Below are positions 29,168 to 39,546 of a stretch of DNA of 64,000 nucleotides, one piece after another. Every line of letters begins with the position of its first letter. The first letter of the stretch is position 1. Origin of the DNA: a virus (taxonomy: Duplodnaviria > Caudoviricetes); the IMG/VR virus record IMGVR_UViG_3300020577_007133, positions 32,001 through 96,000 of that record, one strand, 5' to 3'. The position numbers were made by a program, and so were the translations under genes. A model generated the notes under the pieces. It saw nothing but the letters and a program-made list of their open reading frames with translations. It searched no databases and was not told the DNA's origin.

Positions 29168-31072
29168 TTAGAATTTTTTACCGTAAGCATTTGCCGGAAC
29201 CGTTAACATAGCCGGTGTAATTGTTAATGGTCCGATGGCGATTTGTACTTTATTATTTTCAGCATCTTCAGTTGCCATTGCTTTCATTTGTCCGAATTTT
29301 CCTAAAATATCTAAATTAGGGGCTCCACTTGGCATTGCACCGGTTGGAATACCCAAACTTTGCATTTCCTCAATAACACCAATAAATGCTCTTGATTCTG
29401 AATAACCATCCAATAATTGGGATGCAAATAACAATGGTAAAGGAATACCTCCACCACCAAGTCCCGGAAGATTAATTAAATTAAGAATCGCGAATATCTC
29501 ATCAACCAAACTTTTACATTTCCTATAATCACTTATTATTGAAACGATAGCTAATAACAACGCGATTAATTTTAATATCATTGCGTATTTTTTAAACACT
29601 TTTTCTTTAACAATATCGTTAATAATTTGTTGTATCAATTTTAAAATATCTTCCTTGATTAATTTAAACAATTCCTCAACAAATATCGCCCCGACTTTAG
29701 AAACAAGATTAATGAAGAATTTTTTAAATATTTTAGCAAAGTCAGTAAATGTTGTAATACTATCCGCCAAAATATTACCTAAGGCTTTATACATCACAAT
29801 TATAGGTAATATCATTTTTGGAGTGATTAATGCACTAATCATCCCGTGGGTGATTAACTTAATAAAATTAGTATCAACCACAACTTGTGGGTTTACGTTA
29901 ATACCAGCACCAATCCAAGCAGGATTATTAGCTAATACATCAGTAATGTTATCGGCAGCATTTTCAAATTCGGTTCCTTCATAAAAATTTAATGTTCCTA
30001 ATGCCGATACTATTTCATCAAAATTAACCGGTAATAATATATTATCACAATCTTCAAATTGGATTACCCCATTTTTAATATTCTGTACTCGAGTTTCAAT
30101 ATTACGTAAATCAATTTCTGTGAACTCAAAAAAAGCATCATCAATAGCTCCATCTAATTCAGGTACCTTAGCTATTCCACTAGTATCAATTTCGTTTCCT
30201 CTATTATCAAAACACAATCCTAATATTCTTGCAAGGATTAATTCAAACTTACTAGCGTTTTCCACCTGTGAAATACCCGCATCAATTTTCATTGAGATTA
30301 CACCTGATAATGATTCCATAATCGATGCAATAATATCAGTATCCTCTGCCATTCTTATGGTATCATAATAATCAACCATAAATTCACCAACTTTTAAAGG
30401 ATTACTTCTATTTTTTAATGTTACCTCAAACCAAGGACCAGTCGTACCTAAAACAGGGTGTAATTCATAATATTTAATATCAAATAAATCTTGACCTGAT
30501 TTACCAACGTGAGAATAGGTTGTCGTAGGATTCATCGTTAATTGATGTAACTCACGATTCATTGAGAATGGAACTTGACCTATTTGAATTGATTTTTTTT
30601 CGTAAATAATAACTCCAACCTCGTCTTGGGGGTCAATAAGTAATCTATTAAATAAATCAATAGAACTTACTTTAACATAAACAGGACCCGGGTTATATGT
30701 TTGTTGTTGGTCACAACCTAACGCAGTTAAACAATCTTTGATAACGATTGTTCGTAATCTTGGTTGAACATTTTTAATGGTTCTTAGTAATAATCTTTTA
30801 ATATATTTTGGAGAACCACTACCATTTCCACCTGTAGTATTGGATAAATCCAAAAGTTGCTCAAATTGATTTTTAACTTGTCTTTGATAACGCTTGGTTT
30901 GTTCTTTAACACTTGTTAATGATTCTGAAACATTTGATTTAGTTTTCTCAAATGATTCACCGGCTTTTTTAGTTGCGTCATTATATTGAGATTTAACATC
31001 ACCAAATGATTTTGTTGCGTTAACTCTTTTTTGAATTTTATTATAATCAAAGTTAATATCTAATGACGGCAT
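29168..31072 (-). CDS. Hypothetical late protein with C-terminal hydrophobic helices
   Basis: 634 aa ORF in the baseplate operon. Confidence 0.7.
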   Translation of the reverse strand: MPSLDINFDYNKIQKRVNATKSFGDVKSQYNDATKKAGESFEKTKSNVSESLTSVKEQTKRYQRQVKNQFEQLLDLSNTTGGNGSGSPKYIKRLLLRTIKNVQPRLRTIVIKDCLTALGCDQQQTYNPGPVYVKVSSIDLFNRLLIDPQDEVGVIIYEKKSIQIGQVPFSMNRELHQLTMNPTTTYSHVGKSGQDLFDIKYYELHPVLGTTGPWFEVTLKNRSNPLKVGEFMVDYYDTIRMAEDTDIIASIMESLSGVISMKIDAGISQVENASKFELILARILGLCFDNRGNEIDTSGIAKVPELDGAIDDAFFEFTEIDLRNIETRVQNIKNGVIQFEDCDNILLPVNFDEIVSALGTLNFYEGTEFENAADNITDVLANNPAWIGAGINVNPQVVVDTNFIKLITHGMISALITPKMILPIIVMYKALGNILADSITTFTDFAKIFKKFFINLVSKVGAIFVEELFKLIKEDILKLIQQIINDIVKEKVFKKYAMILKLIALLLAIVSIISDYRKCKSLVDEIFAILNLINLPGLGGGGIPLPLLFASQLLDGYSESRAFIGVIEEMQSLGIPTGAMPSGAPNLDILGKFGQMKAMATEDAENNKVQIAIGPLTITPAMLTVPANAYGKKF

Positions 31073-31078
31073 ACGGTA

Positions 31079-31459
31079 TTATTTTTTCAATTTATATGAA
31101 TCCATATCTTTGGAAATATCTTTTTCCATTAAAGTTCGTAATAATTCATCATCACCTAAATCTGTAATTGAAAAACTACCACCCCCATCATTACTGTTAA
31201 CCGTTTTTTCCCATATTGAGGATTGTAATTTTGAAAGAGTTAATTTTTTCTCAACGCAATCATTGATTATTTTTTGTTGTTTTTCGATAACCGGACCTAT
31301 GACTGTCATATCTTCCGGGTCTTTCATCATAGTAAGCATTTTATTTTGGATTCTAATAGCGGTACTTCTTTGTTCCACAAGTTCATTGTAGATTTCTTGC
31401 ATCAACGCTAACATTGATTCCTTACTAAGATTGATTTCTTTTTTTGTCGGTCTTGCCAT
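31079..31459 (-). CDS. Hypothetical coiled-coil protein
   Basis: 126 aa ORF; late motif 4 nt upstream (31464-31470). Confidence 0.65.
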   Translation of the reverse strand: MARPTKKEINLSKESMLALMQEIYNELVEQRSTAIRIQNKMLTMMKDPEDMTVIGPVIEKQQKIINDCVEKKLTLSKLQSSIWEKTVNSNDGGGSFSITDLGDDELLRTLMEKDISKDMDSYKLKK

Positions 31460-31484
31460 ATTAATAAATATTAAAAATCATATT

Positions 31485-32234
31485 TTATTTAACCATACTC
31501 TGAACTAAGTCAAAATACATATTCTTATATTTTTTCATAGAACCTCGAATTTCTTTTGTTGAAAGATTAGTCATTTCTCGTAATGAGAGTAAAATGATAT
31601 TTTTATTGAATTTATTATTATCGTTACCAACAAAAATATTTTCATAATTGTCGAATAAATCATACAACGCTTGACCAAGTTTTATTTCGTTTTCATTCAA
31701 GTTTTCTGATTTAATAAATATTTCTAGTTTAATTAAAAAATGATGTATAACTTTTTCAGAATCTAAATTATCATTTTCAATATAATAGGAATACTCTTCA
31801 TTATTCTCCAAATTAGTTGAAATATCTTCGTAAGATATTTTTCTATTGATGTCTTTTTGGTCTTTAATAATTTGACCCATCAAATAGTTTTTACATATGG
31901 TACCAAAATAAGAGTAAGCCTTCTTTTCTTTAGAAGGCTTAAACTTATCAATTTTTGTCATTAAAAATGAGTGAGTGTCTATATGGATTTCCTCGAAGTC
32001 CATATCTTTTCTATATAATTTATATCTTCTAATAATTGAAGATATCATTTTATCTAAAGGTTTTCTTAAAAACTCATTATATATTTTATTTCGTTCTTCA
32101 GATGATTCAGTTTCTAAAAACCTAATAACCGCCATCTCTTCTCTAACATCAAAATAATTTGTTTGTGTGGGTTTTCTACCTTTCTTTTTTAACTCAACAT
32201 TCGTATCTCCTGTTAAATTAATTATGTCAACCAT
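31485..32234 (-). CDS. Phage late sigma factor (T4 gp55-like, sigma region 2)
   Basis: KIDKFKPSKEKKAYSYFGTICKNYL resembles the gp55/sigma region 2 pattern FDP...AYFT.I..N. Confidence 0.65.
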   Translation of the reverse strand: MVDIINLTGDTNVELKKKGRKPTQTNYFDVREEMAVIRFLETESSEERNKIYNEFLRKPLDKMISSIIRRYKLYRKDMDFEEIHIDTHSFLMTKIDKFKPSKEKKAYSYFGTICKNYLMGQIIKDQKDINRKISYEDISTNLENNEEYSYYIENDNLDSEKVIHHFLIKLEIFIKSENLNENEIKLGQALYDLFDNYENIFVGNDNNKFNKNIILLSLREMTNLSTKEIRGSMKKYKNMYFDLVQSMVK

Positions 32235-33046
32235 TAAACTTCTACCGGTTCGTATTTTATGGCTCTATCATTAATGAAAAAATATTCTTTTTTGGCTGAT
32301 TCTACCCAAAATTTAACCTCATCAGGTGTTAATACATCTTCACCATTTTTGTAATTCCAAAAAATTGACCCTTCTCTTAAATTCATATGTTTATATCCAA
32401 TTCTTGGGATTGACATAATTCTAACCGAATTGTAAGTTAATCTTAAAAATAACTCATAACCAAATGTCAATTTAAAAGATGGTTTTAATAAACCAAAATC
32501 AATAAAAGTATCTTTTTTAATAACCATTCCGGAAATTTGGAAATTTTGATATTCCATTAAAGTTTCATTGGTTAAGATACCCATTTCCGGAGTAAAATTA
32601 GCTGCAAATGTTGCTTCATTAGTAAATCCGGCGAATTTAGTATTTTGGTCGACATCAACAACTATTGGTAAAAATACTTGAACATCCGGATATGATTCCG
32701 AAAATTTCAATACATTTTTAAACCAAATTGATGAGTATTCATCGTCAAATTCAAACAATGAAACCCAAGTAGATTTAGCACTTCTAACACCATAATTAAT
32801 TTGAGCCGAATAATTAGGTTCTTTAGTCCATTCTACTTTTACCACAGGTAAATCTCCGAAATCAAAATTATTTAAATATTCAACCAAGGAAGTTTCATTA
32901 GTGTGAACGATAATTAATTCATTAATCTCTGTTTTTTGAATTCGTAGTGATTCAATAGCTTTTTTAAAATATTCATCAAAATCTCTAACTTTTGATGATT
33001 TGATTGGTAGTATTACTGATACGTCAAATTTTGTTACTTCTTCCAT
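32234..33046 (-). CDS. Glycosyltransferase family 2
   Basis: VSVILPI, INYGV and EFDDE (DxD) motifs; GT-A fold. Confidence 0.75.
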   Translation of the reverse strand: MEEVTKFDVSVILPIKSSKVRDFDEYFKKAIESLRIQKTEINELIIVHTNETSLVEYLNNFDFGDLPVVKVEWTKEPNYSAQINYGVRSAKSTWVSLFEFDDEYSSIWFKNVLKFSESYPDVQVFLPIVVDVDQNTKFAGFTNEATFAANFTPEMGILTNETLMEYQNFQISGMVIKKDTFIDFGLLKPSFKLTFGYELFLRLTYNSVRIMSIPRIGYKHMNLREGSIFWNYKNGEDVLTPDEVKFWVESAKKEYFFINDRAIKYEPVEV

Positions 33047-33047
33047 A

Positions 33048-34106
33048 TTATTCAATTGTTTGTAATTTAGATAATTGTTCTTCAAATGATTCTCTTCTTG
33101 TGTTCAAGAATTTCTCAAATAATGAAACACATTCAGTGTCAAATGATTCTTTGGTTGGTAAAGAGTCTATTGTTTTTTTCATTTCAACATATAAATTTTC
33201 ATTAACATTATCCTCTAACCAATTTTGTAGATAATCGGCAACGAAATCCACCATTTGAATTTTATTATTAACCCAAAGACCATTGTCTTCAGTCATCCAC
33301 TCAGGGATTAAATTAGGTACTAAACCTAAAACCGGTACTCCGGATTTCATAGATTCTAACGGAAATGTACCATAACCACTTGTTTCGTCAATCCAAACTG
33401 ATAAACAAGAACTTTCTAATCCTTTGGCGAATTCTTTTTCTGTTAATCCTCTCATATCTCTAAATGTAACCCATCGATATTGTGGAAATTTAACATAAAA
33501 AGATTTAATTAGATTTGCGGTATCTCTAGGTTCTCTTGAATGAACCGAAATAATAGGTTTAGAAGGTAATGTTTGAGGTTTAAATTCGTCTGAAATGTAT
33601 GGGGTTAATATATCAAAAGATACATTTCTCATTAAAGACTCAATCTGTTCTTTTTGTTTATTTGATGTTGTTATACATTTTAAAAACCCTAAATCAGACC
33701 ACGATTGTCCCGGTTGTAATGTTTCTAATATATGGTCATATGCTTGACACAAAACAATTTTACCACAAGGTAAGTTTGTAATTTGTGACATAACAAAACC
33801 ATATAATTCCGGAATAACAATTAAATCTTCTGGTGATATTTCTAAGTTTTGACCTTCAATAGATTTATGTGGTAATTTCATATATTCTTCACCTAACCAA
33901 CTTGAAACTCCTGTATAATCAGGGGTCTCGTGTAAAATAATTGGATTATAACCCGAGTTTAGTAACGATAAACCTAATCTATAGATATATGCGATAGATG
34001 CTTTGGCATTACCTTTTGTGTCTTGAGAGATAAGATAAATTCTTGATTGCTTATTTTTCATATTCTCAATAGACAATTCTAGTTTTGTAATTTGTTCTTG
34101 ATTCAT
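33048..34106 (-). CDS. Glycosyltransferase (GT-B, GT4-like)
   Basis: IVIPE and SGYGTFPLESMKSGVPV motifs. Confidence 0.75.
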   Translation of the reverse strand: MNQEQITKLELSIENMKNKQSRIYLISQDTKGNAKASIAYIYRLGLSLLNSGYNPIILHETPDYTGVSSWLGEEYMKLPHKSIEGQNLEISPEDLIVIPELYGFVMSQITNLPCGKIVLCQAYDHILETLQPGQSWSDLGFLKCITTSNKQKEQIESLMRNVSFDILTPYISDEFKPQTLPSKPIISVHSREPRDTANLIKSFYVKFPQYRWVTFRDMRGLTEKEFAKGLESSCLSVWIDETSGYGTFPLESMKSGVPVLGLVPNLIPEWMTEDNGLWVNNKIQMVDFVADYLQNWLEDNVNENLYVEMKKTIDSLPTKESFDTECVSLFEKFLNTRRESFEEQLSKLQTIE

Positions 34107-34107
34107 A

Positions 34108-34386
34108 TTATATTTTATTTAGTAAGTTTTTATATAGTAGTGTATTAAACGCTATTTTAAATGGTATTGATATATTATTTGTCGCTTTCGCACCCAATGT
34201 TTCGTCAATCTCTTCCTGTTCATCCATAATGATTTCCATCATTAATTTAACCGTTTCGTATTTAATTATACTAATATGTGCCGATTCAGTAACACCTGAT
34301 GTGACAATTTTGTCCCCTTTAATTTGAACGTAGTCATCTATTTTGTCTAAATCCAAATAATAATTTTCTCCTAATACTTTTAACAT
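34108..34386 (-). CDS. Hypothetical protein
   Basis: 92 aa ORF, translationally coupled to neighbours. Confidence 0.65.
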   Translation of the reverse strand: MLKVLGENYYLDLDKIDDYVQIKGDKIVTSGVTESAHISIIKYETVKLMMEIIMDEQEEIDETLGAKATNNISIPFKIAFNTLLYKNLLNKI

Positions 34387-34982
34387 TACATTAATTTTGT
34401 TAATTCAAATTCTAATTCTTTAATTGTTTTTATAGAATTATCTGATTTGATATGTTTATTGTACTCCGTTTGATATTTTATGATTATTTTATCTTCCGGA
34501 TGTTCTAATAATAGTGCAGGATTTGAGGTAAGTAAAACATCAATTTCACTCCACATCGAATTTATTGTTGAATTGCTATAAAATTTTACTTTTTCAATTA
34601 AACAACCGAACTTAGAAAGGAAGAATAGTGATGCTGGTTTAGATTTACCTATTTCATCTGAAACGATTATTAAATCGTGACTATCTCGTAAATTTAAATA
34701 AATGTCATTTAATTCATTAAAACTTGAATATTCGGTTGATTGTGCGTGTCCAAAAATTTCCATCGGAAATTCTTCATACAAAAAAGAATATAAATCATCA
34801 TTAGAAGGAAACTCAAAATGATTTTTAAGTTCTAACGATGTTACCGGTAGATTCATTTCATATTTAAATGATTCATCATCTTCAATACCTTCTGTTTTGT
34901 CAATATAAAACTTTTGATATGTCTGTTCTATTTTACCAATGGTGTTTCTTAAAACACCATTAATCTCAATTGCTATTCTCAT
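34386..34982 (-). CDS. HAD-fold 5'(3')-deoxynucleotidase-like protein with degenerate catalytic motif
   Basis: RIAIEINGVLRN occupies the DxDGVL position; YNKHI near the C-terminus. Confidence 0.55.
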   Translation of the reverse strand: MRIAIEINGVLRNTIGKIEQTYQKFYIDKTEGIEDDESFKYEMNLPVTSLELKNHFEFPSNDDLYSFLYEEFPMEIFGHAQSTEYSSFNELNDIYLNLRDSHDLIIVSDEIGKSKPASLFFLSKFGCLIEKVKFYSNSTINSMWSEIDVLLTSNPALLLEHPEDKIIIKYQTEYNKHIKSDNSIKTIKELEFELTKLM

Positions 34983-35727
34983 CTTCCTCTTCGGTTTTAT
35001 CGTATTTACTTAAAATTCTACTAATTAATGGGTTTCTAACAATATCTTTTTTATCTTTAAATTCAAAAACAGAAATATCCCTATCTTCTCTGAATTTTTC
35101 AATTGCATCCCATAATCCACTATGTGTTTTATTTTTGTATTTATCGGACTGTTCAACATCCCCGGAAATAAAAAATTTACTATTAAACCCAATTCTTGTT
35201 AAAAGTAATTTCATTTGACTTGGAGTTGCGTTTTGACCCTCTTCAAAAATTAAAATAGAGTTGTCAATATTCATACCTCTCATAAAAGCTAATGCAAATA
35301 CTTCGATAATATCAGCGTCTTTTAATTTTTCCCTATTTTCTTTCCCAATAATTTTATTCATTAAATAATATGATGGAAAAATATAAGGGTCTAATTTTTC
35401 CTCAACGTTTCCGGGAAGAGAACCTAATTTTTCTTCAGCCTCCACAGCCGGTCTAACAATGATGATTTTTTCATATGGAGTTTCCGGGTCGGCCAACAAA
35501 TCAAGTGCAGCTTTCATAGTTATATAACTCTTACCTACACCCGCGGGTCCTGAACAAATAGTTACTTCACTACTAATCAAAGTCTCATAATATTTTTTTT
35601 GATTTGTTGTGAGGAATTTTTCTTTAGTTTTCCTTTTAATTACTTGAGTTATAAACTCTTTTTTATTAATTGGTTTTGACACAACCTCAGGAGTTGGTTT
35701 AGGTTTGTTTTTGTTGCTTACTGCCAT
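34966..35727 (-). CDS. phoH: PhoH-like ATPase
   Basis: GPAGVGKS, RPAVEAEEKLGSLPG, FMRG, EEGQN, LTRIG, GDVEQSD and DIVRN motifs. Confidence 0.92.
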   Translation of the reverse strand: MAVSNKNKPKPTPEVVSKPINKKEFITQVIKRKTKEKFLTTNQKKYYETLISSEVTICSGPAGVGKSYITMKAALDLLADPETPYEKIIIVRPAVEAEEKLGSLPGNVEEKLDPYIFPSYYLMNKIIGKENREKLKDADIIEVFALAFMRGMNIDNSILIFEEGQNATPSQMKLLLTRIGFNSKFFISGDVEQSDKYKNKTHSGLWDAIEKFREDRDISVFEFKDKKDIVRNPLISRILSKYDKTEEEDENSN

Positions 35728-35734
35728 TTTTAAA

Positions 35735-36715
35735 TTATTGTTGTTTATAGTAATCTAACCAATGTTTAATCATTTCATCTAACATACTTTCAAAAGTATA
35801 GTCGTGAGACCAACCGGTTGCTTTTACTAATTTAGAAGAATCACCTTTTAAATTATGTAACTCTTCAGGTCTTAAAAATTTTTCATCTTGTTTAACGTAT
35901 GTTTTCCAATCTAAACCTAATTTACCGAATACGTATTCACATAATTCTTGAACTGAATGTGAAACACCTGTTGCACATACAAAGTCATCAGGTTTATCTA
36001 ATTGTAATATTTCCCACATAGCTTTCACGTAATCTTTGGCGTGACCCCAATCTCGTGTAGCATCTAAGTTACCTAATTTTAATTCATTTGATAAACCAAG
36101 TTTAATTTTAACCGCTTCTTTACAAACTTTATTAGTTACAAAGTTTGTACCTCTTCTTGGTGATTCGTGATTAAATAATATTCCATTTGAAATAAACATT
36201 CCGTAAGAATTTCTATAATTACGACAAATATTGTAACTAAATACTTTGGCACATCCATAAGGTGATACCGGATTCATTGGTGTAGTTTCTCTTTGATAAC
36301 CATCCTCATCAATAGAATTACCAAACATTTCTGATGAAGATGCTTGATAAATTTTAATCAATGGGTTTATTAATTTGACTGATTCTAAAATATTTAAAGT
36401 CCCTATACCTGTAACATTTGCGGTATATAAAGGTTGGTCAAATGAAATTCTTACGTGAGATTGTGCTGCTAAATTATATATTTCGTCAGGATTAACCTCA
36501 CTTACGACTCTAACCAATGATGATAGGTCAGTTAAATCAGCGTAATGTAATTTTATTTTATCATAAATTTTATCTAATCTAGATGTTTGATTTTCAGAGA
36601 CAGAATTTCGTTTTAAAGTTCCGTGAACTTCATAACCTTTTTCTAATAAAAATTCAGCAAGATATGAACCATCTTGACCATTTATTCCAGTTATCAAAGC
36701 AATTTTATTTTTCAT
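35735..36715 (-). CDS. gmd: GDP-mannose 4,6-dehydratase
   Basis: ALITGINGQDGSYLAE, NLAAQSHV, QASSSE, SPYGCAK, FNHESPRRG and RDWGHA motifs. Confidence 0.95.
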   Translation of the reverse strand: MKNKIALITGINGQDGSYLAEFLLEKGYEVHGTLKRNSVSENQTSRLDKIYDKIKLHYADLTDLSSLVRVVSEVNPDEIYNLAAQSHVRISFDQPLYTANVTGIGTLNILESVKLINPLIKIYQASSSEMFGNSIDEDGYQRETTPMNPVSPYGCAKVFSYNICRNYRNSYGMFISNGILFNHESPRRGTNFVTNKVCKEAVKIKLGLSNELKLGNLDATRDWGHAKDYVKAMWEILQLDKPDDFVCATGVSHSVQELCEYVFGKLGLDWKTYVKQDEKFLRPEELHNLKGDSSKLVKATGWSHDYTFESMLDEMIKHWLDYYKQQ

Positions 36716-37518
36716 ATTTCATCAATTGTTTTCCAATTATTTAATTTAGGGTGAAACATACCATTAGTTGGGTATATTACCGTGTTGTCGTTTAAAATAC
36801 CGGCAGAATAACTAAACGCACTTTTACCGATAACTAAAATATCTGAATTTATAAAATCTAACCATACTTCATTATCTAATGTTTTATCATCATATTTAAT
36901 ATCATACTCTTTAAATAATTCGTTATTAAAATTTTTTCTTTGTGTGTATATGGTAATTTTATAATCACTATTTATTTTTGTTTTTAATTTATTGATAACA
37001 TCCAAATAATACTCATCACTCAACCATCTATCTTCCGGATGATTTTGAGAAACATCTCCCCTTCTTATATGAATTTTAATATCTAAAAAATCTTTTTTTT
37101 GTTTTTTAGGTAATTTAAATATTTCATTTTTTAACTTTGTTTTTATTAATATAGTATGATTAAAAACTTCTAATTCCGTTTCACCACTTAAATTAGGGTG
37201 TACTAAAAAAATAACATCGGTATGATTAACCTCAGTAATTAATTTACCCGAAAATTGTAAAAAATTTTCCCATCTATCACAAACATCTAAATACTCATCT
37301 CTTAAATTTTCAATGGATTTATAATGGTATAATATAAATTGATTAGAATTAAAATTGATACCAAAGCCTTCATAGGTTAAAGGTGTGTATACAAATTCAT
37401 AATCAAACCCTTTATTTCTTAAATAATCAACATATGATATCAAATTGATTATTTTTAAAATCCTTGACCCAATTCCGTGGTCTAAAATTTTATTTGTTAT
37501 ATATTTATACTTCATCAT
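36712..37518 (-). CDS. Putative fucosyl/colitosyl transferase (GT11/GT23-like GT-B)
   Basis: HGIGSR, IHIRRGD and KSAFS GDP-sugar-binding motifs. Confidence 0.6.
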   Translation of the reverse strand: MMKYKYITNKILDHGIGSRILKIINLISYVDYLRNKGFDYEFVYTPLTYEGFGINFNSNQFILYHYKSIENLRDEYLDVCDRWENFLQFSGKLITEVNHTDVIFLVHPNLSGETELEVFNHTILIKTKLKNEIFKLPKKQKKDFLDIKIHIRRGDVSQNHPEDRWLSDEYYLDVINKLKTKINSDYKITIYTQRKNFNNELFKEYDIKYDDKTLDNEVWLDFINSDILVIGKSAFSYSAGILNDNTVIYPTNGMFHPKLNNWKTIDEI

Positions 37519-38659
37519 TTATAATATTTAAAATAATGTTAATTTGAGTTTCTGTTAAATCTTGATGGTTGGGGATATAAAAACCATACTCATTTACTAA
37601 CTCACAATTAGGTAATGATTGATTACCATATTTTTCATACCACATTGGTTTCTTACTCATATCACCAGCAATTAACGGTCTAACCTCTATATTATTTTTT
37701 TGTAATCTATCAATAATTTTTTGTTTATTTTTATGTACGATAGGAAATGCAAAATTAGATATAAAATTTTCATTTAAATTAACAATGTTTAACTCTGAAT
37801 TTTCAACACCTTTTAAATATTGTTTAAAATTCTCATTTCGTTTTAATGAATAATTATCTAATTTATCGATAGCTCTTAAACCTATAAATGCTTGTAAATC
37901 TGTTGCTCTTAAATTAAATCCCGGGACATAAAAATTATATAATGATGTGAAATTATCAACGTTGTACTTTACTCTTAATTCATTTTGTTTCCATTCAGGT
38001 AAATCTCTATCCCACCCGTGACTTCTCATCATTAATAATAAATGATAAAAATCTTCATCATCGGTGTTTACAAACCCACCTTCAATAGTGCTCAAATGAT
38101 GACCAAAATACATTGAGAAAAATGAGGCGTATCCAAATGACCCTAAATATTTATTTTTATATTTAGACCCCATACTTTCACAAACGTCTTCAAACAAAGT
38201 TACGTTATATTTTTCACATAGATTAATAATTTTATCCATATTAGGTACTAGTCCTAATGGAGAAACTAAAATAAATGATGAGGGTGACTCAGTTTTAAAA
38301 ATTTCTTCTAAATGAATTAAATCACAAGATAAATCCTCAAGATTACAATCACACATAATAGGTTCCATTCCTAATAACATTGGTGAACTTACGTCAGTTG
38401 CCCAACTTAATGATGGTATTACAATTTTTTTATTTTGAATATTTTTGGAATATAAATATGCCGCCAAGGATAGTAAAATTGCGGATGAGCCTGAATTAAC
38501 AAATACGGAATACTTTGTTCCTATTTTACGTGCCCATTTTTTTTCTAATTCAATTGTTAAATCTCCTTTAGTTAACCTTGGTATCTCATCTTGAGATAAC
38601 CACTCAATAAGATGTTTAATATCATCCCTATCTATTGTATCACTTACTAATTTTATCAT
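37505..38659 (-). CDS. colD: GDP-4-keto-6-deoxymannose 3-dehydratase (ColD-type, PLP-dependent DegT family)
   Basis: VNSGSSA, EDVCESMG, FSMYFGHHLSTIEGG (His replaces the Schiff-base Lys), RSHGWDR and PGFNLR; no Fe-S Cys motif. Confidence 0.8.
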   Translation of the reverse strand: MIKLVSDTIDRDDIKHLIEWLSQDEIPRLTKGDLTIELEKKWARKIGTKYSVFVNSGSSAILLSLAAYLYSKNIQNKKIVIPSLSWATDVSSPMLLGMEPIMCDCNLEDLSCDLIHLEEIFKTESPSSFILVSPLGLVPNMDKIINLCEKYNVTLFEDVCESMGSKYKNKYLGSFGYASFFSMYFGHHLSTIEGGFVNTDDEDFYHLLLMMRSHGWDRDLPEWKQNELRVKYNVDNFTSLYNFYVPGFNLRATDLQAFIGLRAIDKLDNYSLKRNENFKQYLKGVENSELNIVNLNENFISNFAFPIVHKNKQKIIDRLQKNNIEVRPLIAGDMSKKPMWYEKYGNQSLPNCELVNEYGFYIPNHQDLTETQINIILNIINDEV

Positions 38660-39542
38660 AAACTTGTTTTATACCTTTTTCAAAAGGTAATGGATTGAAG
38701 TTAGGAAGTAAATTATATAACTTATCTATCGACACATCTTTTCGATATTGACCATCAGGTTTTGTTGTGTCAAAATTAATTTTTATATGTTCCAATTTTA
38801 ATACTTTTAAAGTGATTTCCGCCATTTCTTTAATAGAAAGATTTTCTCTATTGGCAACATTAAAACTTTCGTATATGTTTTTTGTTAAACATTCATTTAT
38901 CACCCAAGCTAAATCATCTGAGTACATAAATTGACGTAAAGGTTTTCCTGTTCCAAATAAAATTATCTCATCTTTATTTTCATTTTCCGCTTTCATTATT
39001 TTTTCTAATAAAGCCGCCACAAAATGACTATTGTGACCCATTTTATCATTTTCACCATATAAATTACAAGGTGTTAAATATTGATATTTGGTTCCGTGTT
39101 GTTTATTTAGAGCATCTATTTGAACGGCAAATGACCTTTTTGAATACCCATATGAAAAATTAGTAATTGTTGGTGGTCCTAAATGTAAATCGTCCTCAGT
39201 CATCGGGTAATTTGGGACGGTATCGGGATAAATGCAAGTTGATAGAATCCCAATAAATTGTTTAACTCCGTATTTGAATGATTGCTCAACCATATAAGTA
39301 TTCATTTTAATATTTTCGATGTAATAATCGTGAGGGTTTTCTATATTATCAATAATACCACCAACTCTGGCGGCTAAATGAACGACTTTGGTTGGTTTAT
39401 ATTTTTCAAACATTTCTTTAACTTCACTCTCGATGGTTAAATCATAATCTTTTGATGATATATAAATCGCATACGGCATAATTTTTTTTAATGACTTACC
39501 AACCATTCCGGAACCTCCGGTTATTAGTATAATTTCTTTCAT
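38640..39542 (-). CDS. GDP-L-fucose synthase / GDP-colitose synthase (Fcl/ColC family)
   Basis: ITGGSGMVG, HLAARVGGI, STCIYP, YGYSK, PCNLYG, GTGKPLRQF and KPDGQ motifs. Confidence 0.88.
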   Translation of the reverse strand: MKEIILITGGSGMVGKSLKKIMPYAIYISSKDYDLTIESEVKEMFEKYKPTKVVHLAARVGGIIDNIENPHDYYIENIKMNTYMVEQSFKYGVKQFIGILSTCIYPDTVPNYPMTEDDLHLGPPTITNFSYGYSKRSFAVQIDALNKQHGTKYQYLTPCNLYGENDKMGHNSHFVAALLEKIMKAENENKDEIILFGTGKPLRQFMYSDDLAWVINECLTKNIYESFNVANRENLSIKEMAEITLKVLKLEHIKINFDTTKPDGQYRKDVSIDKLYNLLPNFNPLPFEKGIKQVYDKISK

Positions 39543-39546
39543 ATTA

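Noticed and set aside
37505-38659. Perosamine synthase or CDP-sugar 3-dehydrase (DdhC/E1)
   Set aside because: It lacks the Schiff-base Lys needed for aminotransferases and the Cys-rich Fe-S motif of E1; GDP-pathway neighbours favour ColD
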